In this document: positions 1 to 10,218 of the stretch, piece after piece
Position numbering within the stretch: the stretch's first letter is position 1
How the letters are laid out: each line of letters starts with the position of its first letter
DNA from: an uncultured delta proteobacterium
GTDB taxonomy: Bacteria; Myxococcota_A; Polyangia; Polyangiales; JAFGIB01
Assembly: GCA_963778655.1 (NCBI GenBank)
Contig: CAVZVA010000010.1
Coordinates: 960,001-1,024,000 of the forward strand
Reading direction: 5' to 3'
DNA: 64,000 nucleotides
The notes under the pieces: generated by a model
Seen by the model: the letters and a program-made list of their open reading frames with translations, nothing else
Databases searched by the model: none
What the model was told of the DNA's origin: nothing
Translations under genes and position numbers: made by a program

Positions 1-1155
1 CGCCACGAGCGTCCGGGCAAGACCGGGCTCGCACACCTGTTCGAGCACCTGATGTTCGGCGCCACGCGCAGCACGCCCGCCGGCGTATTCGACCGCCGGA
101 TCGAGACCGCGGGCGGTGAGACCAATGCCTCGACCTGGGTCGACTGGACCCAGTACCATACCGAGCTGCCCGCCACCGGGCTGCCCGTGGTCGTCGCGCT
201 CGAGGCCGACCGCATGCACGATCTGGTGCTGCACGAGCCGCAGGTGCGCTCGGAAAAGGAAGTGGTCGCCAACGAGCGGCGCTATCGCGTGGATGACGAC
301 GTCGAGGGCGAGGTGCAGGAACGCCTGTACGCCCTGGCGTTTCGCCGCCACCCCTACCACCACCCCACGATCGGTTGGATGAAGGACATCGAGGCCTTTA
401 CCACCGCCGACTGCCGGAGCTTCTACCGCACCTATTATGCGCCCAACAACGCGACGCTGATCGTGGTCGGCAACGTCGACGAGGCCGGGCTGCTGCGGCT
501 GGTGCAGCGCCACTACGGCGCGCTGCGTCCGGCGCGAATCGGCCCCGCGCCGCGCGTGCGCGAGCGCCCGCAGCGTGCCGAGCGCAAGCTGGTGATGCGC
601 CGGCCCACGCCGACAGAGAAGCTCGCGCTCGGCTACCACGCGCCGGCTTTCGGCGACCCGGACTACCCGGTGCTGTCGCTGATCAACGAGCTGCTGTTTG
701 TCGGCCGCAGCGCGCGCATGTTCCAGCGACTGGTGCGCGAGGAGCAGCTGGCAGCAGAGGTGCATGGCAGCGTCGCGCCGTTCGTGGACCCGGGGCTGTA
801 CGACATCTGGATCACCATGCGGCCCGGGCGCCGCGCGCGGCAGGCGTTGCGGGCGATCGACGACGAGCTGCGGCGCATCCGCGAGCGGCGCGTGTCGAGC
901 CGCGACCTGCAGCGGGTCAAGGCGCGCGCGGAGCTGGCCTTTCTGATGGCGCTGGAATCGGCCGGCGGCAAGGCCGAGCAGATCGGCTTCTACGAGGCGG
1001 TGCTGGGCGACGCCGGGCGCATCTTCCCCCGCCTGCAGGAGTTCCGCGCGGTGACCGCGGCCGACGTTCAGCGCGTCGCGAGACGCGTGCTCGACCCGCG
1101 CCAGCGCACGCGCATCGAGGTGCTGCCGCAGCGCGCGAAGGGAACGCGGGCGTGA
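1..1155 (+). CDS. M16 (pitrilysin/insulinase) family zinc peptidase, catalytic subunit; 5' end lies outside the window
   Basis: Frame 1 from base 1 reads RHERPGKTGLAHLFEHLMF (HXXEH inverted zincin motif), then NASTWVDWT, EKEVVANER, HPYHHPTIGW and YYAPNNATL. Confidence 0.93.
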   Translation, partial: RHERPGKTGLAHLFEHLMFGATRSTPAGVFDRRIETAGGETNASTWVDWTQYHTELPATGLPVVVALEADRMHDLVLHEPQVRSEKEVVANERRYRVDDDVEGEVQERLYALAFRRHPYHHPTIGWMKDIEAFTTADCRSFYRTYYAPNNATLIVVGNVDEAGLLRLVQRHYGALRPARIGPAPRVRERPQRAERKLVMRRPTPTEKLALGYHAPAFGDPDYPVLSLINELLFVGRSARMFQRLVREEQLAAEVHGSVAPFVDPGLYDIWITMRPGRRARQALRAIDDELRRIRERRVSSRDLQRVKARAELAFLMALESAGGKAEQIGFYEAVLGDAGRIFPRLQEFRAVTAADVQRVARRVLDPRQRTRIEVLPQRAKGTRA

Positions 1156-2456
1156 AGCAACGCTTCACGCTCGGCAATGGCGCGCTGGTGCTGAGCGAGA
1201 GCTCGGGCGTGCTGCCGGTGGTCGGGGTGGGCGTGTCGCTGCGCAGCGGCTCGCTGTTCGACCCGCCCGGCAAGGAGGGGCTGGCGCGGATGATGTCGCG
1301 CGCGCTGCGTATGGGCACTGCCGAGCTGCGTTCGCGCGCGCTCGAAGAGACGCTCGATGCGATGGGCGCGCAGCTCGGCATCTCGTGCTCGCAGAGCTAC
1401 ATGCACTTCGGCGGCGTGGTCGTTGCGCACAACCTCGAGCCCTTCCTGCAGCTGCTCGGCGCGCTGCTGTTGCGGCCGGCGTTCCGGCCTGCGGACGTGC
1501 GCCAGGTGCGGCGCGAGATGAGCGCCGATCTGAGCGCGCTGTGCGACGACGACCGCGCCCTGTGCGCGCGCAACTTCCGCAGCTACGCCTTCGGGCGCCA
1601 TCCCTACGCGCGCCCGCGCAGCGGCACGCCCGCGAGCCTTGCCAACATCGGACGGCGGGACGTGGTCGACTGTCACCGCCGCCATCTGACCGCGCGCAAC
1701 GTGGTGATCGGCGTGTGGGGCGACTTCGCGCCGCGAAGGCTCGAGCGCCAGCTCGAGCACTGCTTCGGCGCGCTGTCCAGCCGCAAGGCGCCCGCGATGG
1801 CGCTGCCCGAGCCCACGCTACCGCCGGGGCGGCGCATCCTGATCGTGGACAAGCCCGACCGTACCCAGACCCAGATCCTGGCCGGCACGCTGGGCACCAG
1901 CCCGCACGACGCCGACCACGTGGCGATGATCGTGGGCAACACCCCGTTTGGCGGCCTGTTCAGTGCCCGCCTGACCACCGAGGTGCGAGCCAAGCGCGGC
2001 CTGAGCTACGGCGCGAGCAGCAGCTTCACGCTCTCGCGTACGCGCGACCTGTGGACCATGCACACCTTTCCGGCCGCACGAGACGCGCGCGGCTGCCTCG
2101 AGCTGCAGCTGCGGCTGTACGACCGCTGGGTCGAGCGCGGGATCACCGCCCGCGAGCTGGCCGCGACCAAGCGCTACCTGATCAAGGGCCACGCGTTCGA
2201 GGTCGACACCGCCGCGAAGCGTCTCGACCAGCTGCTGGACGTGGAGCTGTTCGACTGGCCCAAGACCCACCACACCCGCTTTCTGCAGCGGGTCGCGCGC
2301 GTCAGCGCGGGCGACGTGCAGCACGCGCTGCAGCGCCGGCTCTCGCGCCGCGACCAGGTGATCGTGATGGTTGCCACCGCGGAGCAGCTGCTGCCCGAGC
2401 TGCGCCAGCTGCCGGACGTGGCGAGCATCGACGTCAAGCCCTTCGACGAGATCTGA
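1152..2456 (+). CDS. M16 family peptidase, non-catalytic partner subunit
   Basis: GTGA overlap with the upstream stop. Motifs GSLFDPPGKEGLA, HPYARP and RLTTEVRAKRGLSYG are present; HXXEH is absent. Confidence 0.9.
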   Translation: MKQRFTLGNGALVLSESSGVLPVVGVGVSLRSGSLFDPPGKEGLARMMSRALRMGTAELRSRALEETLDAMGAQLGISCSQSYMHFGGVVVAHNLEPFLQLLGALLLRPAFRPADVRQVRREMSADLSALCDDDRALCARNFRSYAFGRHPYARPRSGTPASLANIGRRDVVDCHRRHLTARNVVIGVWGDFAPRRLERQLEHCFGALSSRKAPAMALPEPTLPPGRRILIVDKPDRTQTQILAGTLGTSPHDADHVAMIVGNTPFGGLFSARLTTEVRAKRGLSYGASSSFTLSRTRDLWTMHTFPAARDARGCLELQLRLYDRWVERGITARELAATKRYLIKGHAFEVDTAAKRLDQLLDVELFDWPKTHHTRFLQRVARVSAGDVQHALQRRLSRRDQVIVMVATAEQLLPELRQLPDVASIDVKPFDEI

Positions 2457-2486
2457 CGCTCCGCGCGGGCCGGCCCGCGCCGCGGC

Positions 2487-3335
2487 TCAGTTGCAGACCA
2501 GGCCGAACAGGGCGCAGCCGCAGCCGCCGTTGTTGCGCTTGCAGCACGGGACGGAGCCGAGGCTGCACGAGGGGCAGCTGTTGGCGCTGCAGGCGGTCGA
2601 CATGCATTGGTTGTTCATGCAGGTCTCGTTCGAGCCGCAGGTCATCGGGCAGGTGAGGGTGTGGCCGCAACCGTCGGACTTGGTGCCGCACTCCGAGGAG
2701 CCGCAGCTCGCCGTAGGCATGCATGCGCACTGGCCGTTGCTGTCGCAGCTGCCGCTCATGCAATCGCCGTCGATGCTGCAGGTCTTGCCGGCGGCGCACC
2801 CGGGGCAGCTGCCGCCGCAGTCCACGTCGGTCTCGTCCTGGTTCTTCTTCATGTCGGTGCAGCTCGGGTCCGCGCACAGGAAGCCGCTGCCGCAGAAGCC
2901 CGACTCGCAGTCGCTGTCCACCACGCAGCCCTGGCCGGTCGCGCACGGGCCGCAGTCGGGGCCACCGCAGTCGGTGCCGGTCTCGGTGCCGTTCTTCTTC
3001 TTGTCCGAGCAACCGTTGCCGCCGCCGTCGCTCTTGGCCTGGGTGCCCGCATCGCTCTGGGTGCCCGCGTCCGAGCCGCCCGCGCCGCTGCCGGCGGCGC
3101 TGCCCGATTTGCCGCCCGTGCCGCTGCCCGCGCTGCCGCCCATGCCACCCGCGCCCCCGTGGCCGCCGGCGGCGGCGCTGCCCGCGTCCTTGACGCTGTT
3201 CTTGGCCCCGCCGTCGCTGCTGCTGTCCTCCGACTGGCTCGCCTGGACTTTGGCAGGCGCAGTGGCGCCCGCGGCGCATGCTGCGCACAGCAGCAGCGGT
3301 CCCCCGAGCCAAATCAAGCGTGCTAACGAACCCAC
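2487..3335 (-). CDS. Cys-rich exported protein/lipoprotein with Gly/Ser linker and ETDVDCGG-type repeats (start uncertain, alternative ATG at 3449)
   Basis: Hydrophobic LLLCAAC segment, low-complexity linker, and repeats KKNGTETGTDCGG and KKNQDETDVDCGG typical of myxobacterial Cys-rich surface proteins. Confidence 0.75.
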   Translation of the reverse strand: MGSLARLIWLGGPLLLCAACAAGATAPAKVQASQSEDSSSDGGAKNSVKDAGSAAAGGHGGAGGMGGSAGSGTGGKSGSAAGSGAGGSDAGTQSDAGTQAKSDGGGNGCSDKKKNGTETGTDCGGPDCGPCATGQGCVVDSDCESGFCGSGFLCADPSCTDMKKNQDETDVDCGGSCPGCAAGKTCSIDGDCMSGSCDSNGQCACMPTASCGSSECGTKSDGCGHTLTCPMTCGSNETCMNNQCMSTACSANSCPSCSLGSVPCCKRNNGGCGCALFGLVCN

Positions 3336-3476
3336 CTGCGGGCGCAGTATAGCGCGCTTGCGCCGGGTCCGCTCGTTTCGGCGGAGACCACAAGCATTCG
3401 GGGAGGGGATGTGAGGGCGCGCTCGGATCCCCAGTCTCGGGCGGGTCATCCGACACCTGCTACAGTCGGCGGCACT

Positions 3477-4574
3477 GTGCCCGAGCTCCTCATCATCGGC
3501 GGCGGATTGGCCGGGCTCACCGCTGCGTTGCGCGTGCGCGGCCGGCTGCCCGTCACGCTGCTCGAGGCCAATGCGCGGCTGGGCGGCCAGATCCTCACCG
3601 AGCACGAAGGCGGCTTCGTGATCGAGCGAGGCGCCGAGGGCTTCGTGTTCCGCAGTCAGGCGGTGCCCGCGGTCGCGCGCGCGCTCGGCATGCCCGACGA
3701 CGCCGTGATCGGCCAGTCGGTGATGCGCTCCTACGGCTTCGACGGCCGCCAGCTGCTGGCGCTGCAGCCCGGTGAGGCCGCGAGCTTTCTCGGCTTCCAG
3801 GTCGCAGCCGAGGACCTGGGCAAGGGCATCCGCAGCTTCGCGCACGGCATGGGCAGCCTGGTCGGCGCGTTCGAGCGCGGGCTGCGCGAGCGGATTTCGC
3901 TGCGGCTGGGCGAGCGCGTGGTCGCGCTCGAGCACGCGGGTGGGCGCGTGCGCGCGCGCACCGAGCGCGGCGAGCGGCTGGAAGCCGACGCGCTCATCCT
4001 CGCCGTCCCGGCCGCGGTCGCCGCGGAGCTGCTGGCGCCGCTGGCCGGCGAGCCCGCGCGCGCGTTGCGCGCCGCGCCCACGCTCTCGAGCGTGACGGTG
4101 GAGCTGGCATATCGGCGCGAGGCCATCGGCCACCCGCTCGACGCCACCGGTTTCGTGGTGGCGCAGCAGCAGCAGCAGGATGGCGTGCGCGCCTGCACCT
4201 TCACCAGCTCGAAGTTCGCCGGGCGCGCGCCGCCCGGCACGGCCAGCGTGCGGCTGTTCCTGCGTCCGAGCGCCGAGGAGCTCGCCACGCTCGACGACGC
4301 GGCCTTCGCCGCGCGCGCCGAGCGTGCGCTGCGCCGCGCGCTGGCGGTGCACGGCCCGCCCGCGCGAACGTGGGTGTCGCGCTGGCCCGACGCTCTGCCG
4401 GTGTTCACGCCGGCCCACCGCGACCAGGTGGCCGCGCTCGAGCACGCGCTGCAGCCGCTGCCGATCGCGCTGGCCGGCTCCGCCTTCCACGGCGCGGGCA
4501 TCGACGCCGCGGTGCGCTCGGGCGAGCAGGCCGCGGCCCGCTTGCCGACGCTGCTGCCCGGCTTCACGCTGTGA
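3477..4574 (+). CDS. hemY: HemY-like FAD-dependent (proto/copro)porphyrinogen oxidase homologue, internally shortened
   Basis: IIGGGLAGL FAD motif, RLGGQILTEHEGGFVIERGAEGF, ACTFTSSKF, RWPDALP and GAGIDAAVRSG. Confidence 0.75.
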   Translation: MPELLIIGGGLAGLTAALRVRGRLPVTLLEANARLGGQILTEHEGGFVIERGAEGFVFRSQAVPAVARALGMPDDAVIGQSVMRSYGFDGRQLLALQPGEAASFLGFQVAAEDLGKGIRSFAHGMGSLVGAFERGLRERISLRLGERVVALEHAGGRVRARTERGERLEADALILAVPAAVAAELLAPLAGEPARALRAAPTLSSVTVELAYRREAIGHPLDATGFVVAQQQQQDGVRACTFTSSKFAGRAPPGTASVRLFLRPSAEELATLDDAAFAARAERALRRALAVHGPPARTWVSRWPDALPVFTPAHRDQVAALEHALQPLPIALAGSAFHGAGIDAAVRSGEQAAARLPTLLPGFTL

Positions 4575-4650
4575 GCGAGATGAGCGCGAAGCGAACCTCC
4601 CACGAGGCCCAGAGCCGCGTGGCCGTTCGGTGCTCTAGGTGGGGGGCGCC

Positions 4651-5535
4651 GTGACCTCGGCCGCCGACGCCTCGGCCCCGCTGGATCCGAGCGCCGACAG
4701 CGTGCTGCGCGCGATGACCGACGACGGTGCGTTCCGGGTGGTGGCCGCGCGCATGACCGACACCGTGGAGCGCGCGCTGCGCGCACAGGACGCGTTCGGG
4801 CAGAGCGGTCGGCATCTGGGCGAGCTGCTCACCGGTGCGGTGCTGGTGCGCGAGACGATGGCACCGCGCCATCGCGTGCAGGGCCTGTTCCGCACCCGCG
4901 ACCGGCGCGGCCAGCTGGTCGCCGATGCGCACCCCGACGGCGGCAACCGAGGGTTGGTCGCCCGCCGCGAAGGTCTGTCCGAGGTGGCGCTCGCCGGCGG
5001 CACGCTCGAGATGATGCGCACGCTCTACAACGGCGAGGTCCACCGCGGCGTGGTGCGCATCCCCGAGCAGGGCGGGCTCTCGGCCGCGCTGATGACGTAC
5101 ATGGCCGCCTCCGAGCAGGTGGCCTCGATGATCGCGGTGGCGTGCGTGCTCGAGGGCGAGCGGGTCAAAGCAGCTGGCGGCTACATCGTGCAGCTCTTGC
5201 CCGAGGTCGGGCGCGCGCCGCTCGCGATCATGACCGAGCGCCTGCGCGACTTCGAGCGCATCGACGAGCTGCTGACCACGCTCGATGCCGCGCCCGCTCC
5301 GCTGCTGGCGGAGCTGCTCTACGGCATGCCGTTCACCCAGCTCGACCACAGCGCGCTGCGCTTCGCGTGCCGCTGCAGCACGGTGCGGGTGATGACCGCG
5401 CTGGCGAGCCTGGGCAGCGACGAGCTGAGCGCGCTGCTGCGCGACCAGCAGCTGATCGAGATGGCGTGCGACTACTGTGGCCAGCAGTTCGCCGTCAGCC
5501 CCGCCGAGCTCCAGGGCTTGCTGCACCAGAGTTAG
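4651..5535 (+). CDS. hslO: Hsp33 redox-regulated chaperone
   Basis: AGGYIVQLLP plus the C-terminal zinc motif CRCS...CDYC. Confidence 0.9.
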   Translation: MTSAADASAPLDPSADSVLRAMTDDGAFRVVAARMTDTVERALRAQDAFGQSGRHLGELLTGAVLVRETMAPRHRVQGLFRTRDRRGQLVADAHPDGGNRGLVARREGLSEVALAGGTLEMMRTLYNGEVHRGVVRIPEQGGLSAALMTYMAASEQVASMIAVACVLEGERVKAAGGYIVQLLPEVGRAPLAIMTERLRDFERIDELLTTLDAAPAPLLAELLYGMPFTQLDHSALRFACRCSTVRVMTALASLGSDELSALLRDQQLIEMACDYCGQQFAVSPAELQGLLHQS

Positions 5536-5613
5536 GACGTATCTAGCTGCGGGCGGACGTGTGCGCGCGTGCTGGCGCGTAGTACGCTTGCGCTGGACAC
5601 TCGGGACGCATCG

Positions 5614-7389
5614 ATGAGCTACCAACCCCGCTACACCAACCTGGTCACCATGTTCCTGCAGGCGTCGGAGAAGTTCGCCGGCGCTCCGCTGTTCGGAAGC
5701 CGCGGTCACGACGGCTGGCAGTGGACGAGCTACGCGCAGTTCCGCGCCCTGGTCGACGACGCGCGCGCGGGGCTCAGCGCGCTGGGCATCGGCCCCGGCG
5801 ATCGGGTGGCGGTGATCTCCAACAACCGGCTGCAATGGGCGGTCTGCGCGTACGGAACCTATACGCTCGGTGCGATCTACGTGCCGATGTACGAGGCGCA
5901 GCTCGACCGGGACTGGCAGCACATCCTGGGCGATTCCGGCGCCAAGCTGTGCTTCGTGGCTGGCGAAGCGGTGCACGCCCGGGTCCGCGGGCTGCAGGGC
6001 GACCTGCCCGAGCTGCAACACGTGATCGAATTCGGCAGCGCCGCGTACGACGAGCTGCTCGCGCGCGGGCGGGCCGCCAAGCTCGCGCCGAGCTTGCCTG
6101 CCGACGAGGACGTGGCCTCGTTGATCTACACCTCGGGCACCACCGGCAAGCCCAAGGGCGTGCGGCTGACGCAACGCAATCTCGCGGCCAACGTCAGCGG
6201 CCTGCTCGAGATCGCACCGGTGCACGAGGGCGACCGCTCGCTGGCGTTTCTGCCCTGGGCGCACGTGTTCGGCGGCTGCGTCGAGCTGAACACGGTGATG
6301 GCGATCGGCGGCTCGCTCGGGATCTGCGACAACACCGACCGGCTGCTGCAGTACTTGCCCGAGGTCAAGCCGACGATGCTGTTCGCGGTGCCGCGGATCT
6401 GGAACCGCATCTACGACGGCGTGCGCAAGCAGATGGCGGGACGGCCGCGTGCGATCCAGGCGATCTTCGAGGCTGGCTTGCGCGCCAAGAGCAAGCACAA
6501 GCGCGGACAGCCGCTCGACCTCAGCGAACGGCTGGCGCTGCCGCTGGCCGAGCGGCTGATCTTTTCCAAGATCGTGGCGCGCTTCGGCGGCCAGCTGCGC
6601 TTCGCGTTCTCAGGCGCGGCGGCGCTCTCGGCCGAGGTCGCCGAGTTCATCGACAACCTCGGGATCAAGGTCTACGAGGGCTACGGCATGACCGAGTCGA
6701 GCGGCTGCACCACCGCCAGCTATCCGGGCACGGTCAAGCTCGGGACCGTGGGCAAGCCGATTCCGGGCGTCGAGCTGCGCATCGAGCCGCAGGCGCTGGG
6801 CGGGCCGCCGGGCGAAGGCGAGATCGTCATCTACGGCACCGGCGTGATGGCCGGCTACCACGACGATCCCAAGTCCACGGCCGAGGCGCTGACCCCGGAT
6901 GGCGGGTTGCGCTCGGGCGACCTCGGCTACCTCGACAGCGAGGGCTTCCTGGTGATCACCGGCCGGGTCAAGGAGCTGTACAAGCTGCAGAACGGTAAAT
7001 ACGTGGCGCCCGTGCCGCTCGAGGAAAAACTGCAGCTCAGCCCCTTCATCGCGCAGTGTCTGGTGTACGGCGACGACCGCCCGTATAACGTCGCGCTGAT
7101 CGTGCCCGAGATGACCGCGCTGCGGGAGTGGGCGCAGGCGCAGGGCGTGCCCACCGAGACGGCCGCGCTGCTGGCGGACGACCGTACGCGGGCGCTGTTC
7201 CGCAAGGAAATCGACCAGCAAAGCCGTGAGCTCAAGGGCTACGAGGCGATCCGCGATTTCGCGCTCTCGGCCGAGGAGCTGAGCACACAGAACGACATGA
7301 TGACGCCCACGCTCAAGCTCAAGCGCCGCAACATTCTCAAACGCTATCAGGAACGGCTGTCGCAGCTCTACGACGAGCAGGCGGCGTGA
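5614..7389 (+). CDS. fadD: Long-chain fatty acid--CoA ligase
   Basis: IYTSGTTGKPKGV AMP-binding motif, EGYGMTE, SGDLG, GRVKELYKLQNGKYVAP and TPTLKLKR. Confidence 0.93.
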   Translation: MSYQPRYTNLVTMFLQASEKFAGAPLFGSRGHDGWQWTSYAQFRALVDDARAGLSALGIGPGDRVAVISNNRLQWAVCAYGTYTLGAIYVPMYEAQLDRDWQHILGDSGAKLCFVAGEAVHARVRGLQGDLPELQHVIEFGSAAYDELLARGRAAKLAPSLPADEDVASLIYTSGTTGKPKGVRLTQRNLAANVSGLLEIAPVHEGDRSLAFLPWAHVFGGCVELNTVMAIGGSLGICDNTDRLLQYLPEVKPTMLFAVPRIWNRIYDGVRKQMAGRPRAIQAIFEAGLRAKSKHKRGQPLDLSERLALPLAERLIFSKIVARFGGQLRFAFSGAAALSAEVAEFIDNLGIKVYEGYGMTESSGCTTASYPGTVKLGTVGKPIPGVELRIEPQALGGPPGEGEIVIYGTGVMAGYHDDPKSTAEALTPDGGLRSGDLGYLDSEGFLVITGRVKELYKLQNGKYVAPVPLEEKLQLSPFIAQCLVYGDDRPYNVALIVPEMTALREWAQAQGVPTETAALLADDRTRALFRKEIDQQSRELKGYEAIRDFALSAEELSTQNDMMTPTLKLKRRNILKRYQERLSQLYDEQAA

Positions 7390-7507
7390 CCATGGGCCGC
7401 CCCGCGCCGTCGCTGCGGCACCGAGCGCGCGGGGCCGCACGGCGCACCCGGCGGGCGCCTCGACGCCCGGGGTCTTCCACACTATTCTGCCCGGGCCTCT
7501 GAGTGTC

Positions 7508-7726
7508 ATGGCCCGGCTGCTGATAGTCTTTGCGCTGCTCGTGTTCGTGGTGATGTCCACGCGGCGCGCGCTGCGGCAGGCGCGCTCCCCCCAGGCGGGA
7601 CCGCGCAAGCAGGCGCGCTCCGAGCGCGCGCCTGGCGGCCCGCCCAAGCGCCTGGTGTGCGGTGCGTGCGGCGCGGACTTCGACCCGGAGCAGAGCGGCT
7701 GGATCTGCCCCAAGTGCGGCAAGTGA
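7508..7726 (+). CDS. Small membrane-anchored zinc-ribbon protein
   Basis: N-terminal TM helix and C-terminal CGAC...CPKC. Confidence 0.6.
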   Translation: MARLLIVFALLVFVVMSTRRALRQARSPQAGPRKQARSERAPGGPPKRLVCGACGADFDPEQSGWICPKCGK

Positions 7727-7760
7727 GCCTCGCGCGATGCGACCGGCGGCCGCGACCGTG

Positions 7761-9110
7761 TCACGGCAGCGGTGTGGGCGCGGCCAGGTACTTGGTCACG
7801 GCGTTCTTGAACTGGTCGCCGTCGGTCGTGATGTAGGTCTGATTGCCGGCCCCGACGCCGAACACCGAGCCGACCGCGCCCGCGGCGACGAACTCGTCGA
7901 TGTGGGTGAACAGGTAGTGCACGCGGTTGTCGCGGTAGTGGTCCGCGCTGCCGCCCGGGGTGTCGCTGGGCACGCCGAACGGCACCTGCCACCACAGCGC
8001 CGGTACGCCGGTGCCCGCGCTCACCGCCTTCATGAAGGCGAGGTGCTCGTGGAAGTTGGGGCTGGTGGTGTTCGACTCGTCCCAGTACCACGGCCCGTCG
8101 TTGCGCTGGCAGCTCGGATCGGTGTGCGCCTCGAAGCAGCCGGCGTCGCGGTCGAGCGGATCGATCGCGACGAAGTCGCTGTCCTTGGCGCCCACTGCGT
8201 TCAGAAAGTCCGCCACCGCCTGCGGCGAGCCGCCCCAGGCCGAAGCGTGGAAGCCGACCGCGGCCTTGGGCGCGATCTGGCGCGCCAGCTTCAGCAGGCA
8301 CTTGCCCATCCCGGTCAGGTCGTCCGGCAAGCCCGCGCACTCGCTGGCCAGCGCGCCGACGTGGACCGGGATCGAGGCCGCGTTGCCCGAGCTCTGCTGC
8401 TCGCAGAAGCCCCAGAAGTCGGGCTCGAGCTGCACCACCGCGGGCTTGTCGAACATGGCCAGGCGCTGGAACAGCAGCTTCGCGCCTTGCCAGAACGGCG
8501 TCATGTACGCGTCGTCGGTCAGCGCGCCGAGGTTGCCCTCGCCGTGCGCGGCCATCTGGTAGAGCGTGAACATCGGGGTCACGCCGTGCCGATCGGCGGC
8601 GTCGCACAGGATGTCGACGAAGGTGCCGCCCGCGTTCCAGTCCGGCCAGCCGCCCTCGCCCTGCAGCCCCACCAGGTACGCGTCGTGCAGGTCGAGCGTG
8701 ACGCCCAGCGTGTAGGCGCCGTCCTGATCGTGGTTGTTGTCGAGGTCGTTGCCCATGCCGATCAGGAAATGGGTGTGCCCGCGCAGCTTCATCGCGAGCC
8801 CCGCCGCCGTGCCGTTGCCGGCGGCGCTGCTGCCGCCGGTACCGCCTGCCGCGCTACCGCCGCCACCGGCAGCCGCGTTGCCACCCATGCCACCCATGCC
8901 ACCCATGCCACCCGTGCCACCCATGCCGCCCGTGCCGCCGGTCGCGCTGCGTCCCCCGTTGCCGGGCAGGGCGCTGCTGCCGCCCGCGCCGAGCGCTGCG
9001 CTGCCGCCCGTGCCGGCAGCGCCTCCGGTGCCGTCCGAGGAGCTGGCGCACGCTGCGAGCAGCAGCACGCTCGGAAGCCAGCTCGCCCGCGCCGTCGATC
9101 GTGCGATCAT
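7761..9110 (-). CDS. Lipoprotein with Gly-rich linker and putative glycoside-hydrolase-like TIM-barrel domain
   Basis: Lipobox LAAC, GGT/GGM linker, and a catalytic-looking domain with FTLYQM, QLEPDFWG, DRDAG and WWQVP. Confidence 0.75.
   Translation of the reverse strand: MIARSTARASWLPSVLLLAACASSSDGTGGAAGTGGSAALGAGGSSALPGNGGRSATGGTGGMGGTGGMGGMGGMGGNAAAGGGGSAAGGTGGSSAAGNGTAAGLAMKLRGHTHFLIGMGNDLDNNHDQDGAYTLGVTLDLHDAYLVGLQGEGGWPDWNAGGTFVDILCDAADRHGVTPMFTLYQMAAHGEGNLGALTDDAYMTPFWQGAKLLFQRLAMFDKPAVVQLEPDFWGFCEQQSSGNAASIPVHVGALASECAGLPDDLTGMGKCLLKLARQIAPKAAVGFHASAWGGSPQAVADFLNAVGAKDSDFVAIDPLDRDAGCFEAHTDPSCQRNDGPWYWDESNTTSPNFHEHLAFMKAVSAGTGVPALWWQVPFGVPSDTPGGSADHYRDNRVHYLFTHIDEFVAAGAVGSVFGVGAGNQTYITTDGDQFKNAVTKYLAAPTPLP
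8880..8940. repeat. 9-bp tandem repeats (gccacccat/gccacccgt) encoding the GGM/GGT linker
   Basis: Directly visible in the sequence. Confidence 0.8.
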
Positions 9111-9267
9111 CAGCAACCCCCTTTGGCCCCGACCCTCCGGAATCATCGCGGAGCCCCGGCGACCGCGCAACGAGGGCGATGTGCTTCGATGTGCGGCATC
9201 GGCGCGTTCGAGGCCGAGCGGCCCGATCACCGGCGCCCGCAGGCGCGAGCCCGAAACGCGCGTGTCG

Positions 9268-10062
9268 CTACGAGCGCGGCGCGACGAACGGGTGCGAGCT
9301 GCTGAGCCCGCCGTCGACGACCATCGCCTGGCCGTTGACGTAGCTGCCCTCGTCGCAGGCGAGAAACAGCGCCATCGCGGCGATCTCTTCGGGATGACCG
9401 TAGCGCTTCAGCGCGCACAGCTGCCCCAGCCGGCCTTCGCTGCCGCGCGCGCGCGCCATGTCGAAGATCGGTTTGGTCATGCCGGTCTCGATCAGGCCCG
9501 GGCAGATCGCGTTGACGCGCACGCCCGTACCGCGCAGCAGGTTCGCGCTGGTCTGCACCAGGCTGATCACACCCGCCTTGCTCGCGCTATAGGGCAAGCC
9601 GCCCGCGTTGGCCTTGAGCCCCGCGACCGAGGCGGTGCAGATGATCGAGCCCTTGCCCTGTTTACGCAGGTGCGGAGAGGCGTGCTTGATCGCCAGAAAC
9701 GGCCCGATCAGATTTACCCGCAGCAGGCCCATGAACATCTCGACCGTGGTGTCGTCCAGCGTGCTCAGGCCGCCGCTGATGCCGGCGTTGGCGTAGACCA
9801 CGTCGAGCCCGCCCAGCTCCGAGAGCGCGCGCTCGACCAGCCCCTTGACCTGCGCCTCGTCGCCGGCGTCCGCGCGCACGGCGATCGCCTTGCCTCCCGC
9901 GGCGGTGATCTCGGCAGCGGTCTGTTCCACGGCAGCGGTCACGTCTGAGGCCAGCACCTTGGCCCCCTCGGCGGCGAACAGCTTGGCGCTGGCGCGCCCA
10001 ATCCCGCTGCCTGCACCGGTCACGATCGCGGTCTTGCCCTGCAGTCTTGCTCCTGCGCCCAC
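9268..10062 (-). CDS. Short-chain dehydrogenase/reductase (FabG-like)
   Basis: [17 protein letters not shown] and VNAICPG motifs; GAGGTG RBS before the GTG. Confidence 0.92.
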   Translation of the reverse strand: MGAGARLQGKTAIVTGAGSGIGRASAKLFAAEGAKVLASDVTAAVEQTAAEITAAGGKAIAVRADAGDEAQVKGLVERALSELGGLDVVYANAGISGGLSTLDDTTVEMFMGLLRVNLIGPFLAIKHASPHLRKQGKGSIICTASVAGLKANAGGLPYSASKAGVISLVQTSANLLRGTGVRVNAICPGLIETGMTKPIFDMARARGSEGRLGQLCALKRYGHPEEIAAMALFLACDEGSYVNGQAMVVDGGLSSSHPFVAPRS

Positions 10063-10218
10063 TTCGCACCTCGTCTGGTTGTCGTCGGTCCCGCTCGCCG
10101 GGCCCGCGCACTGGCGCGGATGTAGATCAAAATCCTGCGCATTGCGACCGGGCCGGCCCTTTGCAGCCTGTGCTGGAGCGCACAAATGCTGCCAGCCGGA
10201 GCCTGAGCCGCGCGCCGC

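Noticed and set aside
375..1151. N-terminal extension of the 693-aa ORF
   Set aside because: Overlaps the catalytic M16 gene; the real start is the GTG at 1152. Similar over-extended starts were trimmed for the ORFs ending at 2487, 17136, 30843, 42934, 59274, 61553 and 62662
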